Assembly: GCA_012295275.1 (NCBI GenBank)
Contig: CM022665.1
Span: 16,554,001-16,618,000, forward strand
Reading direction: 5' to 3'
Origin: Chrysomallon squamiferum
Taxonomy: Eukaryota; Animalia; Mollusca
DNA length: 64,000 nucleotides
Numbering within the stretch: position 1 is the stretch's first letter; every line of letters begins with the position of its first letter. Below the pieces are notes generated by a model, which made no database searches, was not told the origin of the DNA, and saw only the letters and a program-made list of their open reading frames with translations. The position numbers and the translations under genes are program-made. This document shows positions 14,344 through 28,272 of this stretch, piece by piece.

Positions 14344-16957
14344 TATTATTGGTATAATGTGATAACTCAGACCCAAAAGATAGGATCGCATTTAATTACA
14401 GCAAAGAAAAAGATGCTAATTTACATGGTAGATGATGTTAAAATTTCATTTTTTTGTGGTCCACAACTAAAGACAGATCCTTAAACATTACTTTTTTATC
14501 TGTAGTCTATATTAGACTTTTTATATAAAAATTGTCCCTTTAAAGAATTTTTTAAATTCTATACTAATGAGTATTATGCAAGAAAAATGAAACAAAGGAA
14601 TGCTGTTTGGTTGTTAGTTCAGAATAACTGGGATGTCAGACAGAATTGTTTATCTGTGATATTTCATTCATTAGACAACAATTATTTTCAGTAATCACAA
14701 GCAATGACATTTTTGTACCATACCTTTACTCCTAATCATGTTTATTTATTATTACATTTCTTTGTCAGCACTTAGGTGTTAACCAATAAAATTTGATACA
14801 CACTTGTGTTTGAGTGTTTAGTGCTTACTTTGTGTATAACAAATTGTGGGATCTGTTCTCCTTGGTGAATCATTAGTGCAATTTATAGTCAGTAGAGTAT
14901 ATAAGTTTTCCAGTTACATACTACCTATCATGTCCTATGCCTCAAATAGTATATGTTTTACAGTTTATAGCTGATCACTGGTGTCACTTTAATGTGTTCA
15001 GATTTAAAAAAAAAAATTATTTAATCAATTCTGTTAATTACCAGTCCACTGACTGATGATAATTAGTATAAATATGTATGTTTTTCATCTACTAATATGT
15101 AAGAACTGATCTACCTTGCTAAAGAGAAGGGTCCATGTCTAAAATTGATAACAAATATCACAAACATATTTTTGTATACTTCCAAGTAACTATTTTGTTA
15201 TTCAACCTTTGCTAATAATAATGTTTGACAAAGACTGGATGATAAATAAACCAGTCACGTTGAAAGATATAGGCTATAGGTAATAAGTAACTTTATCTTT
15301 TATTATTTACTGAATTTAAAATGCATATATTCTCTCTTCTTTTTTTTTTTTTTTTTTTTTAAATTCCATGTTACAAGCATTATTTTCATTTTATGGAATG
15401 AAACATAGCTTTGTAATTTGATATAATCTTATTTAAAACTGAAAGAACTGTTCTCACTTTAATAATAATCCTGTCTAATCTATAAACACACTGCATTATT
15501 ATTTAACCGCACAGTTTAAATGTTGATTTGTTTTCGAATTTTAGGTCCTATTTATTCACTATAAGAGTAGGGCAATAAAATATTTTACTCTGACATGTTT
15601 ATCAGATTGCATTGAAACTGAATAGGAGATATTCAAATAACTGAAAATCCATTTGGAATACTTGTAGTTGTGTGGAATGTATGGATTCCTCCACTTCTCA
15701 GGAATATTTGTGTCAGAAGTCTACTCTGAAGTAAAAAAGGAATGCTGTAACACAAAAGTATTAATTATTGACTGATTTTTGAGAAAAGGATGAATTTGTT
15801 TTCTTATCTAATGATCATTTTACCTGATGTTGGTAAAAATGTTAAAATGTTTTATCATTAAACATTATAAAAATTAGAGATCCATTTTGAAAAATCTGGC
15901 CTTATAAACTTTTACAAATTTAAGACCCCTCATATAATGTGCAGCAGAGGTATTATGGAAATAAGTAGTGATAATTAGGTATGTTATTAGGTATGTTATA
16001 ATGTGATAATTAGGTATGTCTGAATATATTTATTTATTATTAATTATTATTATTATTTTAAAGTACAATAAGTAAACAAGTTAATGTTAGTTGATAGAAA
16101 CATGTCAAAATGTAAGTGATAAAACTGTTATTTAGTAAAAAGCTGGAATATCTTAAGTGTTGTGTAGGCTATATGTATATTCCATTCGTTATAAATTCAT
16201 AATATCCAGCTTACAACTAAAATAAATTTTATTTAATATATATGGGTTTGTTTATGAGAAAGATTTTTTAACAATACTAGTGAAATGTGGGTTTTTTCAT
16301 TTATTGTTTGTTTTGTGTTTTTGGTGTTGTTTTTTTAAATGTTTATAAGGCAGCTATGAAATTATATTACAAATTTAATTTCTTTATATGTTTAATCTTT
16401 TATTGAATGCAATAAAATAAAACATTTTTTTTTTTTTTTTAAATCTTAATCTCCATGGTAATCAAAGACTAAATCCAAAAGAATTGGTCCTTGTAAAGTG
16501 TTAAACATGTACCAAAAATTCACCAAATATGGTGTACTTATCAAATGTTTTCAGAAATGTGAACTTATCAAATGAGTTCAAAATTCCTGAAGCTGGATAG
16601 CCATTTGGATTTAAAAAAAAAAAAAAAAAAAAACAATGAAAAATATAGAGGATTATAAATGTCCTTCTTTTACACTGTTAATAATCTTCAAACAAATTAA
16701 CAGCACATTGTAGAAAGTTTTTTTACTTGGTCCTGAAACCACATCCACTATAGCTTTTGTTTGTTTTCATTTTCCTTCAAACTAATACAACAGTCTTGAT
16801 CTTGAAAGAAAATTTACCTAGCACTTATACTAAAAATGTTGATATGCCAACAACAATCTTCCATAATTCCAGATAAACACTGGTACTTTTTGTCACTGAT
16901 GTAATGAAAACTTTGTTTTGCTCTCAGTTATCAGTCTCAGGAAGAACAAACATTCAT

Positions 16958-19900
16958 CTAGCACAGAGTAGAAAGTTCTGTATTGGGTACAGCAACAGCA
17001 TCCATCCTTGGTCCAGATGAAGACTGCAAGCTTTCCTCATTTGCAGGACTTTGTTCTGGTTCTCTTCCATCACTGTCTGTTTGAGTCAAATTCTCATTAT
17101 AAGAGGATCGAGAATTTATTTCTGTGTTTCTTGCCACAACTGTTGCCTCATTTTCAACAGTCACTGACTGAATTAATGTGTTATTTTCTTCAGGTGGGGG
17201 AATCTGAGAATCCTGTCTGGCACTCTCAAATACTTCTTCTGCAGAATCAGCTCCTACAGGAGCCACACGATAATCTCCTTCCTCTTCAGGGTCAAGAGGA
17301 GGAGCTTCAACAACTGATGACTGAGGTGTTTGTTTAATGAATTTTGCACATCCAAGTTTTGTACAGATGAAGAACGATAAACAACCTTGACCTTTGTCAT
17401 GTGGTGATCCAGCATCAGAACTGTTGATGAAATAATTATGGAAAACATAATTATTTTGTTTAAAAAAAAAAACGAGCAATGAATGTTTACTTAATTAAGT
17501 TGATGCTAAATATTTAAAGTTTTCACATCATATTTCTAATTATATTTAGCTGTAAATACCATGATAACAATTTTTGCCAAAAGAAGTAACAGACGTACAG
17601 CAACTTTATAAATTGACTTGACATAAATAATATTAATTCGATAATTGAATTATTGTGGAAATAATGCAAAATTTAAAATATATATATAAAAAGTTTTTAC
17701 CCAACAAGTTTTTTGACGACAAGAATAATAGCAATTACTAGAACTATTGTTGTGATCACGACAGCAGTCGCACATCCTGCAATCAATGCAACATCTGAAG
17801 AAGAAAAAATTATAATTTGAAAGATAAATATTCTGGTTTTACATAAACACATATACTACAGGTTAAGGGAATGTAAATGCACACATAATACAATGGTACC
17901 TTGACTTACGAGTTTAATTTGTTCCATGACTGAGCTCGTATCTCAATTTGCTCATATAACAAATCAATTTTCCCAACTGAAATTAATTAAAATACCATTA
18001 ATCCGTTCCAGTCCCCCAAAACCACCCCAGTAACATGTTTTTAAATAAGAAAAATGTTTTAATATAAATATTATATAAAATCAAAATAAAAGAGAATGTA
18101 AAGAAATAAATTTGTTTTGTAAAGTGTATTTATCTTGGAGATTAGACAAATTATTTTAACGCCTTTGGCTAGAGTTATAGTTTTTATCGACTCCTTATGC
18201 TTCAGTATGGTACATATCGTAGAAGTACTACATTCATACCGCTTGCTTAGCCAAGTCGACTACATGCACACCTCGCTCACATTTTTCTATGAATTCAAGC
18301 TTTAATTCAATGGACATCATCCATTTTCTTCTCAGCACAGTCCTTTGCACTTATTTTCTTAGGATTCATGGCCAGAAAAAAGAAATTTGGCAAAATACTG
18401 CACAACGCAACAGAGATGCTTCTGCAGCGACGTAACCACGTGAAGTAAACGAGTGAGATGCGGTATGCATGTTATGTTGTTTGTTGCGCCAACTAGCGGC
18501 GGCGTTGCTGAAGCTCTCTCGTAACTCAAACCAAAAAATTAGGGGCACTCGTAAGTCGAGGTACCACTGTAATTTGAACTACTTATACGAAAATATCATT
18601 GTTATGACTTCTTACCATCATTTTCAGTAGAGGTGACATCAGGATCTTGCAAATATCCACCTTTTGAGAAAATCCCTTGTCCTTTTGGTCCACCATTACT
18701 CCTTGCAGGTTGATCTTCCTCCGCGAAAACTTCCTCACCCAAGGGAATTGTACTTTCTAAAAAAAAAAAAAAAAAAAAAAAATTGTTATAAATAATGGTT
18801 TCTTACACCTAAGCAGTTAAGTTCAAGGTGTAGAGCGGGTTTCCTCTCTTTTGTTATCATTAAATCAAAATACGATTTACTATGAAATAACTGTTATTAT
18901 TAAAATGTGCTTCGTGTTGTTAAACTATATATGTTTCATTCACTTCCGTTCCATTTTATTATTATTTTCTTTCTTTATTTTTTTATTTTATTTTTTTTAT
19001 TTTTGTCTTTCCTTTTCCCTTTATATCATTTATTCTCTTTCATTTTTTCGTTCATCTTTTAAAAAACGAATAAGTTTGTTTTATAAAAACCCTACAAACG
19101 TGAGGCTTTTTTAAATAGGTTAATTCCGCTCTAACATCTGTCAGTTCGACATATCCGGTGGCTAACTCGTTTACCAAGTTTCATGGTACTGTCAGTTTTG
19201 ACATCTGGCCTGCCAAACGTCCGAAATGATAGACAACAATAAAGAAAAAAGCGTTGTATAAACGAAAGACCAAAAGATTTAACGTCAAAATAATACATAA
19301 TTCCCGTTCATAGTTAACTATTTGTCATTGACGCTTTCAAACTTTGAGCATTGTTATCATTTATTAATGGTCGAATGAATATTTGGTTTCGCAAAGTTAA
19401 AATATCCCCAAGGGATAAAGCCTATTAATTCAGACCTAAAACTACTGAACCCACAGACAATATGACTGGTGAACAGCAAATAATACTAGTCATAATAATA
19501 CTTGTAATATACATATATGATTACGTTAGCCATAATAACACTTTTTATTCGTATAGTCAGAATTTAATATATCTGCTATTTTGAACACTTAACGAGAAAC
19601 CTCAGTGGACCGGGTCATAAAAAATTCTAAAATTTTCTGAATATATGGACACGAAAACACAAATTCGTAACAGTTCCAATATTGAGAAATCCTTTTAACA
19701 TTATTGAAAGCAGGAAACAGCAATTACTTTTGACATTATTGAAAATAGAAAATAACAACTTTTAACACTGAAAATACGAAATTACAACCAACTTTAAAAT
19801 TACTGAGAATAGGAAATAAAAACTACCTTTAACAGTTATGGAAAGAGGAAACGACAACTACAATGGACACAATTGTAATAAATTTCTGAACCTATGGACA

Positions 19901-21992
19901 AAGGAACACGAATTAGAGACTCAGCATGAACACCGAGAATCCATTAATTCGAAAACGATTGTAAAACAGGAACCAAAACTTGCCATCGACACAGTCATAA
20001 TAAACCCTGAGAACAGTGGCGTATGTTCCGCAGGTGGGGATGAAGATGCCACTGAAGAACACGGTACAGTTCGTCCGCCACTGACATTGGTTGAAGAGGG
20101 TCACCTTCTCTGTGCAGTCGTCCAGGGTGAGTGAACAAGCACCCCAGTCATTCCTCCCAAAAAATGCCTCACCCAAGCTGATCACCATACCCGCGGGACA
20201 TGACAGTGATACCTTGTGGCTTTTGTCTTCCTTCTGTCCACTCAAACATTCTTTGACATTGTTATCTGAAAATGATAAATTTGAACGTCAAAAATGTAGT
20301 TTTCAATGTTTAGTCAACTAGAAAATGAATTTAGACAAAAACAAAAACAAACAACAACAAGAATTTAAAAAATTAAAAAATATATATATATATTAACATC
20401 AGTCAGGGAATGAAAAAACAAAGACTCTTGGATCCAACCACTGTTTACTTTGAATATAACAAAACATAAGCAAAAAAACCCAGCAAAGTTAGAAAATTAA
20501 TAGATTTTTAGATACTGCAGAGGAAATATAAAGAAGTGTGATTTTACTATCGACTTTTTTCATAGTAGTGGTAGTAGAATAGTAGTAGTACTAAAAGTGG
20601 TATTAGCAGTAGTACTAGTAGTAGTAGTAATAATAACAGTTGTTAGTAATAATAATAGTAGCAGTAGTAGCAGCAGTCTAAAAGGTAATAGTATGTAGAC
20701 GTACTAGTACTACTTCGATTCCATACCATTACTACTACTACTAGTAGTAATAGGATGGAATCATTAGTAGTGGTAGTAGTAGTTGTCGTTGTGAAACTGT
20801 ATTATCTTTAGTAGATTATAGCTATAGCAGTTATTTTGTTGCAATTCATAACAACATTATAGCTGTGGCAGTAGAATATGTATGTTTATTTCTAAGTATA
20901 AACATCGTGGGAAAAATTTATCAAAAGAAAGACGAAGAAAAAAAGTATGTAGTTGGTATTTCCCACGATATACATTTAATATTCGCTATGACTCACTCGT
21001 TACAGATAGCATAAAACGAGTGACATCATCCGATTGCTTTGTGCAAACACGGGGAGTAATTTATTGCGTACTAACAAAACACTTCTGTGTACTGATTACA
21101 CCCGTTTTATTCAAACGTCTGCCATATGACCTGTTGGGTAATCTGATATTTTATGACATGACTAGCAGTGTGAAGTTGACAATATTTTAAACAATACATA
21201 AAATAATAATAATAATAATAATAACAGTAAAAAAAATAAGAAGACGGTAAGACTGCGTATATATATTTATGTATCTATGTATGTATGTATGTATGTATGT
21301 ATACATGCGTGTCAGTAATGAATGTAATGCATGAAAGTGTTAATGTGTATATCTGTGTATGGGTGTAGTATGTATACATTAGTGTGTCTGTGATATAATT
21401 ATGTAATGAAAAAAGGTGTGTGTGTTTATCTGTGTATGTATATGCGTGCATGTGTATGTAATGCTTGAAGGCGTATGAGTGTGTGTGTGTGTGTCTTTTG
21501 TAAGTATGTGTTTGTGTGTATATGTACATATGTATGTGTGTGACAACCAGTAACGATGCTGTACAGTAGAGAGTGGAATCTCGCCTACAAATAATTTTCA
21601 TTAGCCTCTCTAAATTACATCAGATAGCAGTAAGGCGCTTGTTTATTGGTGTAATTTATTGCGTAAACTTGTTCACGGTTATACTACTAATAACTAATCT
21701 GTGCTTATCTCAGTTTCATTGTTTAGTGTAGGTTTCCTGAGTTTGTGTGCTGAGTATATTACGCTTGCCTGACAACGAGATTTCGAGACAGATTCTATAT
21801 GACTATACATTCTAAACCCATTGCTGATCAGTTTTATAGCTTTTTGTTTTGAAAGACTAGGGTCTGTTTACTTGGGGCTCACCAAGAATGAACTCTCTCC
21901 ATCCGTCTGTACCTTATACTCTAACAACACAAAATACAAGATATTATTATTATTATTATTATTTGTTTTGTTTTGTTTTGTTTTGTTTTGTT

Positions 21993-22023
<31 letters not shown>

Positions 22024-24049
22024 TTTTGGTTGTGGTTTTTATTTTTCTGCTGGTTTTTTAAATTTATTTTCTAATATAATATGTTCAGTTCGAATTTTCT
22101 CTCACAAAGCCCTTGCATAATGTTTTTTTTATTTTTTTTATTTTTTGCTTTTAAACATTTTACTGATTTTTTTTCACAGTTTTGCTCAACTCAACGAGAC
22201 ATCCCCTTTCTTCAAAGCTTTTTTTTCTTTTTCAAAACAATTTTTTTTTTTTTCTTCTTTTAATTTTCTCAACAGGATATCCCCTTACAAGTTCGTCGCA
22301 AACCCAGACGCCGACCCGTAAACACGCCAGCATCCACCCCCCTCCAGTGTCGTGTTTCTAGCTGTACAGCTGTCATGTTGCTGAGTCCCCCCCACACACT
22401 ACCACTGTGTTATTTGAAAGGCCGAAGCAACATGTGGCAAGGGCGCACACTTCAACCACTATCAATACATTACAATAGCTCGCTCAATATCCGCTGTTTG
22501 TTCCTTTATTCGAAACGGTCATTACTGTCAATCGCCATTCTTAAAAAAATAAAAAGAATTATTTTCCTGCCAATCGCCATTGAGAAAAAGTGAAAGGGAT
22601 TATTTTTCTAAGAAATTTATTGAGGTTACTTTTTCCCTTAGGGGCCAAGAGTTGACAGACGTTCAGAGAAACTGACCTTTTTAGTGAAAATTTGTGTTAC
22701 TTAAAGAATTGTTCATCTTTTCTTCCTGTTATTGTCTTACGGTTTAATCCAGACCTAGAGTAAAATGCTATTTTCTCTTATACACAAACACAGTTTTGGT
22801 TCCTCTTTCATAAATTCAAACCCACACAACACGTACACACCGTACAGATCTACAGAATCACAGTCACGCACACGCACCATATATATACCAGACACAACAT
22901 ATCATATTTCACATACACATATACCACACACATACACCACACACATATGCCACACACACATCGAATAGTTTTCCACAGCTACTTTTCTCAGTAAAAACGA
23001 GACCACACTTATCAGAGTCTTTGTTGTCCAGGTGGATAGAACTGGAACGAGATCGCGCGATTCCTCGCAAAACTAATTGTATTAATTAAATAAATCATCA
23101 AAGAAAACACCTGTCGGGAAGTCATGTGAAATTTATCTACATGCTGTTAAAAAAAAAAAAAAAAATCGTCAAAATTAGGCATCTGGAAGTACTAAACTGA
23201 TTTTCTTCCCCTGTACTTTCACGGCTGAGATTGTAAATCAGCATATGTTTGTTTTATTTAATGTAAAGGTAAAAAAAATAACGCTGAACAAATAACAAGT
23301 CTTGTTACTGAGTCGTTATAGTTTAACAGGTTTAACAATATTGAAATAACCGTCCCATGTTATATTGATAATTAACAAAGAGGATGTGGAAAAAAAAAGG
23401 TAATCATATTTACAAGCTAAAAAATCACGTAAGATTTATACGATCATCAGCATTTACGTGATTTTTAAGATATTTTCTTCTTTTCGAGTTAAGTATGGAT
23501 AAATATTCGATATGCGTGGCTGTAATTTTTATTTTATTTTATTTTTAGTTTAATATACCATTCTAGCATCATGTCAACATTACAGAGTTTCAAGAATTAC
23601 ATTTCTTTCAGCTTGTTGTTAGGGATTCATCAAAAACAAACAGAAACCCACGCGCTCTTTGTGTTCTAGGTGAAATTTGGCTTTACCATAGCACCAAGAC
23701 AAGCACAAAAACAGAGAGAGAAAGAAGCATGTGACGTGCCTGACAACATAATCTTTGAATGGTGAAGAACTGAGTGGCACATCGAAGAAGCAGATGCTGA
23801 GGGAACAGCGATGTGCCGTTACTGTAACCGACACCGCCATCAAAGTGAACCACGGCTCAATTTACATGTGGAATCCAGGCCTTCCGTTTCCAAAATAGCT
23901 TTGATGAAATCCCCCCATTCATTTCCCACGATAGTACGTAGCGCTGAGACCAAAAGCAAAATTGAAAGTTTCTCAGAATGGTCAGTGTCTGCACATGTAA
24001 CGGATGTGTTTTGTTAAAAATCACTGTTATAAGCTGCTATGTAAGACTA

Positions 24050-24116
<67 letters not shown>

Positions 24117-24719
24117 TAAAGAAAGAAAGAAAGAAAGAAAGTACAAAAATTTAAAACAATAAAAATTATATTTGGCATTTATATATATTTTTGCTGAGAT
24201 GCTAAACATTCATTCATTCATTCACAAATGCACACTATACAAACTATCTAATTAATTAATTATAAATTACAGGGGTGCTGCCCGACAAATATTCATTCAT
24301 TACTTTCCAACAAGAAAGAAAAGATTGCTTGTTCTATCGTATCTAATAAAATGAATTCAATGTCAAAAGGAAAATCTGGCTCATTCTCCTTTAAGTTATC
24401 GCGATATAATTTATAAACTCAGACATGATAACACATGCCATAGCCTTTGATATTCTTTGTCGACTGAAACAGGAAGTGACCCAAAGGGTTCTCAACATGA
24501 CCGATCTCACGATCTCTGGCACTTTTTTCTGACAAGTAAATGAATGTTTTCTTTCTTCTCGGCAAAGAGTGAATTCTTTATCCCAACTAGGAATGCGAAA
24601 TAGACACTTTACTATATACATACATATACATATACGTATACATATTCATACACACATAAGCATACTCAATCACATACACGATATAATATGAAATCAGTAA
24701 TGAACTCCGAGGTAACCAA

Positions 24720-24752
<33 letters not shown>

Positions 24753-25684
24753 GAGACAACAAAAAAAAACATATCTATGTAAAAATGTATGGAATGTACT
24801 GTCACGTATTCCTGACAGTAATAAAATAAATTCGTTTTATTTCCTTTCTGTCCTACATTGTGGAACGTTTGCTTTTCGATTTCTTTCAACAATTTGACTT
24901 CAAAAGCACGGGGACTGCACCTCAAATTGACAAATTTTATATTCTGTTTTCGATTAATTTCCGATGCACTAGGAGGTAAGTTGGGGTGGACAGGTGCAAA
25001 CGTACAAAGTTTCAACTAGGTTTTGAGGTCTAAAGGAGCAATGTTGAATGATAAAAGAATAATAATACGTGTAATTTAGACACGCAACATACAAAACACA
25101 ACGCAAAGAATAGCTTAGGCTCACAGAAAGTCATATTAATACAAAGAATACTTTTAACCAGTATAAAGAATATATTTGACTAACAGAAACATTTACCTAT
25201 TATATATATATATTGTTGCCTAATACATATTTTTTCATTATATTATAAAGCTAAATTTGCCTAATGCAGGTCCTTTGACAAGCATAAAGATAACGTAAAA
25301 ATAGCTTTGCATAAATCAGATTTTTTATTTGCATAAATATACTTATGACTAGCACATATCTTTTGCCTAACACATATCCTTTGACTAGCCTAAAGTTATC
25401 TTTGCTAAATTCACATAATTTTACTAGCATAAAGATATCTTTGCCTACACACAGTGTCATTACATATTCTTTGGAATATTTTCTGTTGGCGACTAAAAAG
25501 AATTTCCAGTGTAAATATATGGAACTGACAAAATCGAATATCTACATAATTGTTATAATTATTCATAATTTGCCAATTTGTTAAATTACAGTTATTATCA
25601 GATGTATGATAATTTAAAAGGCTTTTTTAAAGCATGCATTATGTGTGTATCTATCTATCTATCTATCTATCTATATATATGTAT

Positions 25685-25746
<62 letters not shown>

Positions 25747-26032
25747 ATTTAAAATTTCAAAACGTATGTTCGGTGTAAAGTTATAATAAAATTAATAATT
25801 CGTTTCAGTTTAATGAGTTTTAAAAACGTACACTCATTAATATACAAACAATTAATGGCTGGCATATTAATTTGAAAGAAGATTTAATGTCTAAAATGGA
25901 ATGACAGTAACAGATTATAAAATAAAAATAAATAAAATTCATCGTCTACTTAGTCTTACCTTGCGAGAGTGCCAGACCAAAAACAAAGGTAACAATCACA
26001 AGAAAACATGAAAATGTTGCACGAAGAAACAT
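16958..26032 (-). CDS. Type-I transmembrane protein with a SUEL/rhamnose-binding (Gal_lectin)-like domain
   Basis: Five exons join in frame. 26032-25960 is a signal peptide (MFLRATFSCFLVIVTFVFGLALSQ). 20265-19984 is an 8-Cys lectin-like domain (LSCPAG..AFFGR..C..C..QC..NCTV..PTCGTY..VYYDC). 18756-18616 is a stalk, 17794-17701 is a TM segment (VALIAGCATAVVITTIVLVIAIILVVKK), and 17420-16958 is an acidic cytoplasmic tail. Intron phases are 1,1,1,2, and intron 2 uses a GC donor. Confidence 0.78.
17891..18569 (-). mobile_element. Tigger/pogo-family DNA transposon, internally deleted non-autonomous copy 1 (in a lectin-gene intron)
   Basis: TIRs CAATGGTACCTTGACTTACGAG ... CTCGTAAGTCGAGGTACCACTG with TA target-site duplications on both sides. 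It carries a frameshifted remnant of the N-terminal transposase HTH and is homologous to 51260-52017 in the opposite orientation. Confidence 0.9.
19690..19860. repeat. Degenerate ~33-bp tandem repeat
   Basis: A recurrent TT(T)AACA-TTATTGAAA-(A/G)GGAAA-AACAACT-type unit, about 5 decayed copies. Confidence 0.55.
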
Positions 26033-26989
26033 TTTATCCAAAACCGTTCTTTTCCGCCTGATTCGTAAAGCTGATGAGTGAAATTAGCGTAATTCGTTGC
26101 ATCCGTCACAGCCCTGCCCCGACATCTGGAGCGTGAGAAAATAAGAGTATCTCTCTATGTATCGTAAACAAGTACGTGTGCCGGTTGTGTTATAAATATA
26201 CACCAATAAGAGTTCCGTAACCTTTTGCTTGTGTCGTCTGCCAGATACTGGCGGGAAAAAAAAAAAAAAAAAAAAATCAAGTGTACACAATAAAAGAAGC
26301 ACAGACGATCTTTAATGAAATATATACTGAATTATATAAAAGCGGCTCAAATGAATGCCTAGAAGATTTGTGTGTAGCTGTGTTGTTTGAAAGACACTGG
26401 CGGAGAGCATCTGTCGTTTTTATCTGATTAATGGGGTACTGAGCGCTTGGCTGAGCCCTTATTTTTCGAGCAACCAATCAAAATCACCGGTCTTCGCAGC
26501 TGTCCCGAACAAAGGCAACCATTTTCTTGTCTTGAGGGGCAAACTGTGAAGTTAAAACTGTGTTTAGTTGTCTTTGATTTTCATGCTTCGTTGATTATCA
26601 TTGCTTGAATTTAGCGAAAAGATACCAACAAATAACTTCACACCAATTATTTTTTTTATTATTATTATCTGAAGGTAGGAAACTGACGTAATATATGTAA
26701 TAATTTTTCATATATTTTTGAACTTTGAGAAAATATATATTTCTGAAATATACTTGAAAAGCTTTTTTTTTTTTTTTTTTTTTGGTTATTGTTTTTTTTT
26801 TTATTATTATTATTTCAGCTGTGCAGACCTGACAAATGAATATAATCTGGTTCATTCCCATCTGATAATTCAACATGTTTTTAAAGTAATGTTTCAGGAT
26901 TTATTATCATCATTATTGTTTAAGAAGGATAAAATGTTTTTATTCATATCATTAGGTTATCAGAAATAGACCTACTATACTGTCATACT

Positions 26990-27165
26990 GCCTTAGCGGA
27001 TATAAATCCCCGTCCTTCAATTGTTTCCCGTTCAAGTAAATGTCCCCATATTTGTCAAAGGCTTTGGTATGTGCTTTCCTGTCTGTGGAAAATTCATGTA
27101 AAAAAAACAATAATTTTTTCTAACAGATAAGTAGCTTATTGTCAAGTCATAGCAGGCTTCATCTG
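26990..27165 (+). mobile_element. Possible decayed SINE remnant
   Basis: TCAAAGGCTTTGGTATGTGCTTTCCTGTCTGTGGA...CATGTAAAA resembles, from memory, the central part of a gastropod SINE. Related fragments lie at about 59470-59530 (TTCCAGCCAGTACTCGACGACTG..TCAAAAACTGTGGTAT) and about 18832-18930 (AGCGGGTTTCCTCTCT). Not verified by alignment. Confidence 0.35.
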
Positions 27166-27218
27166 ATTTATTATTATTATCATCATCATCATCATCATCA
27201 TCATCATTAACATTATTA

Positions 27219-27253
<35 letters not shown>

Positions 27254-27934
27254 CTAACATTTGGCTACATATATATATGTTTTGAGTTACTGTTATACAT
27301 TATTTGGGTTATCATCCCTACACAGTTTAATAAATCCCCAAATCAGACTGAGTGTAATATTTATACAGAACATTTTAATTCGGCTGATTATTTAATTTAT
27401 TTTATTTTATTTTATTTTTTTATTATTTATTATTATTGTTTTTATTTATTTATTTATTTATTATTATTAATGTTTTTATTTATTTATTTATTTAATTTAT
27501 ATATATATATTTTTTTTTTCATGGTATTCTCGAACAAATTAAAAAAAAAAAAAAAAAAATTAGATACATCCAGTGATTAATTAGTTATTATAAACATCAC
27601 CATCATCATGATCATCATTATTATTTAATTTGTATGAAAACTAAAATAAACTATTTATATCTGCATTTATACAGTTATGTATTTCGCAGAACAGTACGCT
27701 TATACTTCATTATAGAATAAATTAGTTGACAGAAAATGAGTGAAATTTTTAAGATAGCAGAATCAATATTCTTCATTATACCGTTAGTGCTAATTCCAGT
27801 TCCAACAACTTCTCCACTACCAATGGTGATGACGTGGAGTGGAAATGCTGTCATTAAATGAACACTCACTAATTCGTTCATTTACACTGTTAATAATCTG
27901 AAGCCAGTGAGTGAAATCCCTCTGTTTCTTTCTC

Positions 27935-28046
<112 letters not shown>

Positions 28047-28272
28047 GCTTAGTTTTATCATTCTTGAATATTAAGCGAACTACGAGAGGTCTTACGAACA
28101 GATAAATGTAATAAGATTGTGACTGATTAGATAACAGGATTTGCTAACAATACGCCCGCATGCTACTGTGACCAAGGTCCATTTCTGCACGACAACAGTA
28201 GCGGGAACAAACCAAGAAGCAGACGTTTACTAAAGTAGCCATAAAAGTTTTAACACTCGAACCATTTTCAAA

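Noticed and set aside
15052-15110. TGATGA...CTGA pair suggestive of a C/D-box snoRNA
   Set aside because: It is too short and AT-rich, has no terminal stem or recognisable rRNA guide, and is not clearly intronic.
15600-15760. Higher-complexity patch between the IRAK1BP1 and lectin 3' ends that looked exon-like
   Set aside because: The plus-strand frames checked close quickly and show no recognisable motif or consistent splice pair; it is probably UTR.
19838-20321. Plus-strand ORFs antisense to the lectin exon (also 10367-10654, 17008-17337, 61294-61566) and alternative-frame ORFs within ZDHHC
   Set aside because: These are shadow ORFs of genuine coding exons, with no independent motifs or splice support.
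23684-23730. Minus-strand ATG with a signal-peptide-like run (MLLSLSVFVLVLVL) followed by GTAAAG, a possible alternative first exon of the lectin gene
   Set aside because: The donor is phase 2. Joining it to the phase-1 lectin exon creates an immediate TGA, and unspliced it stops at TAA.
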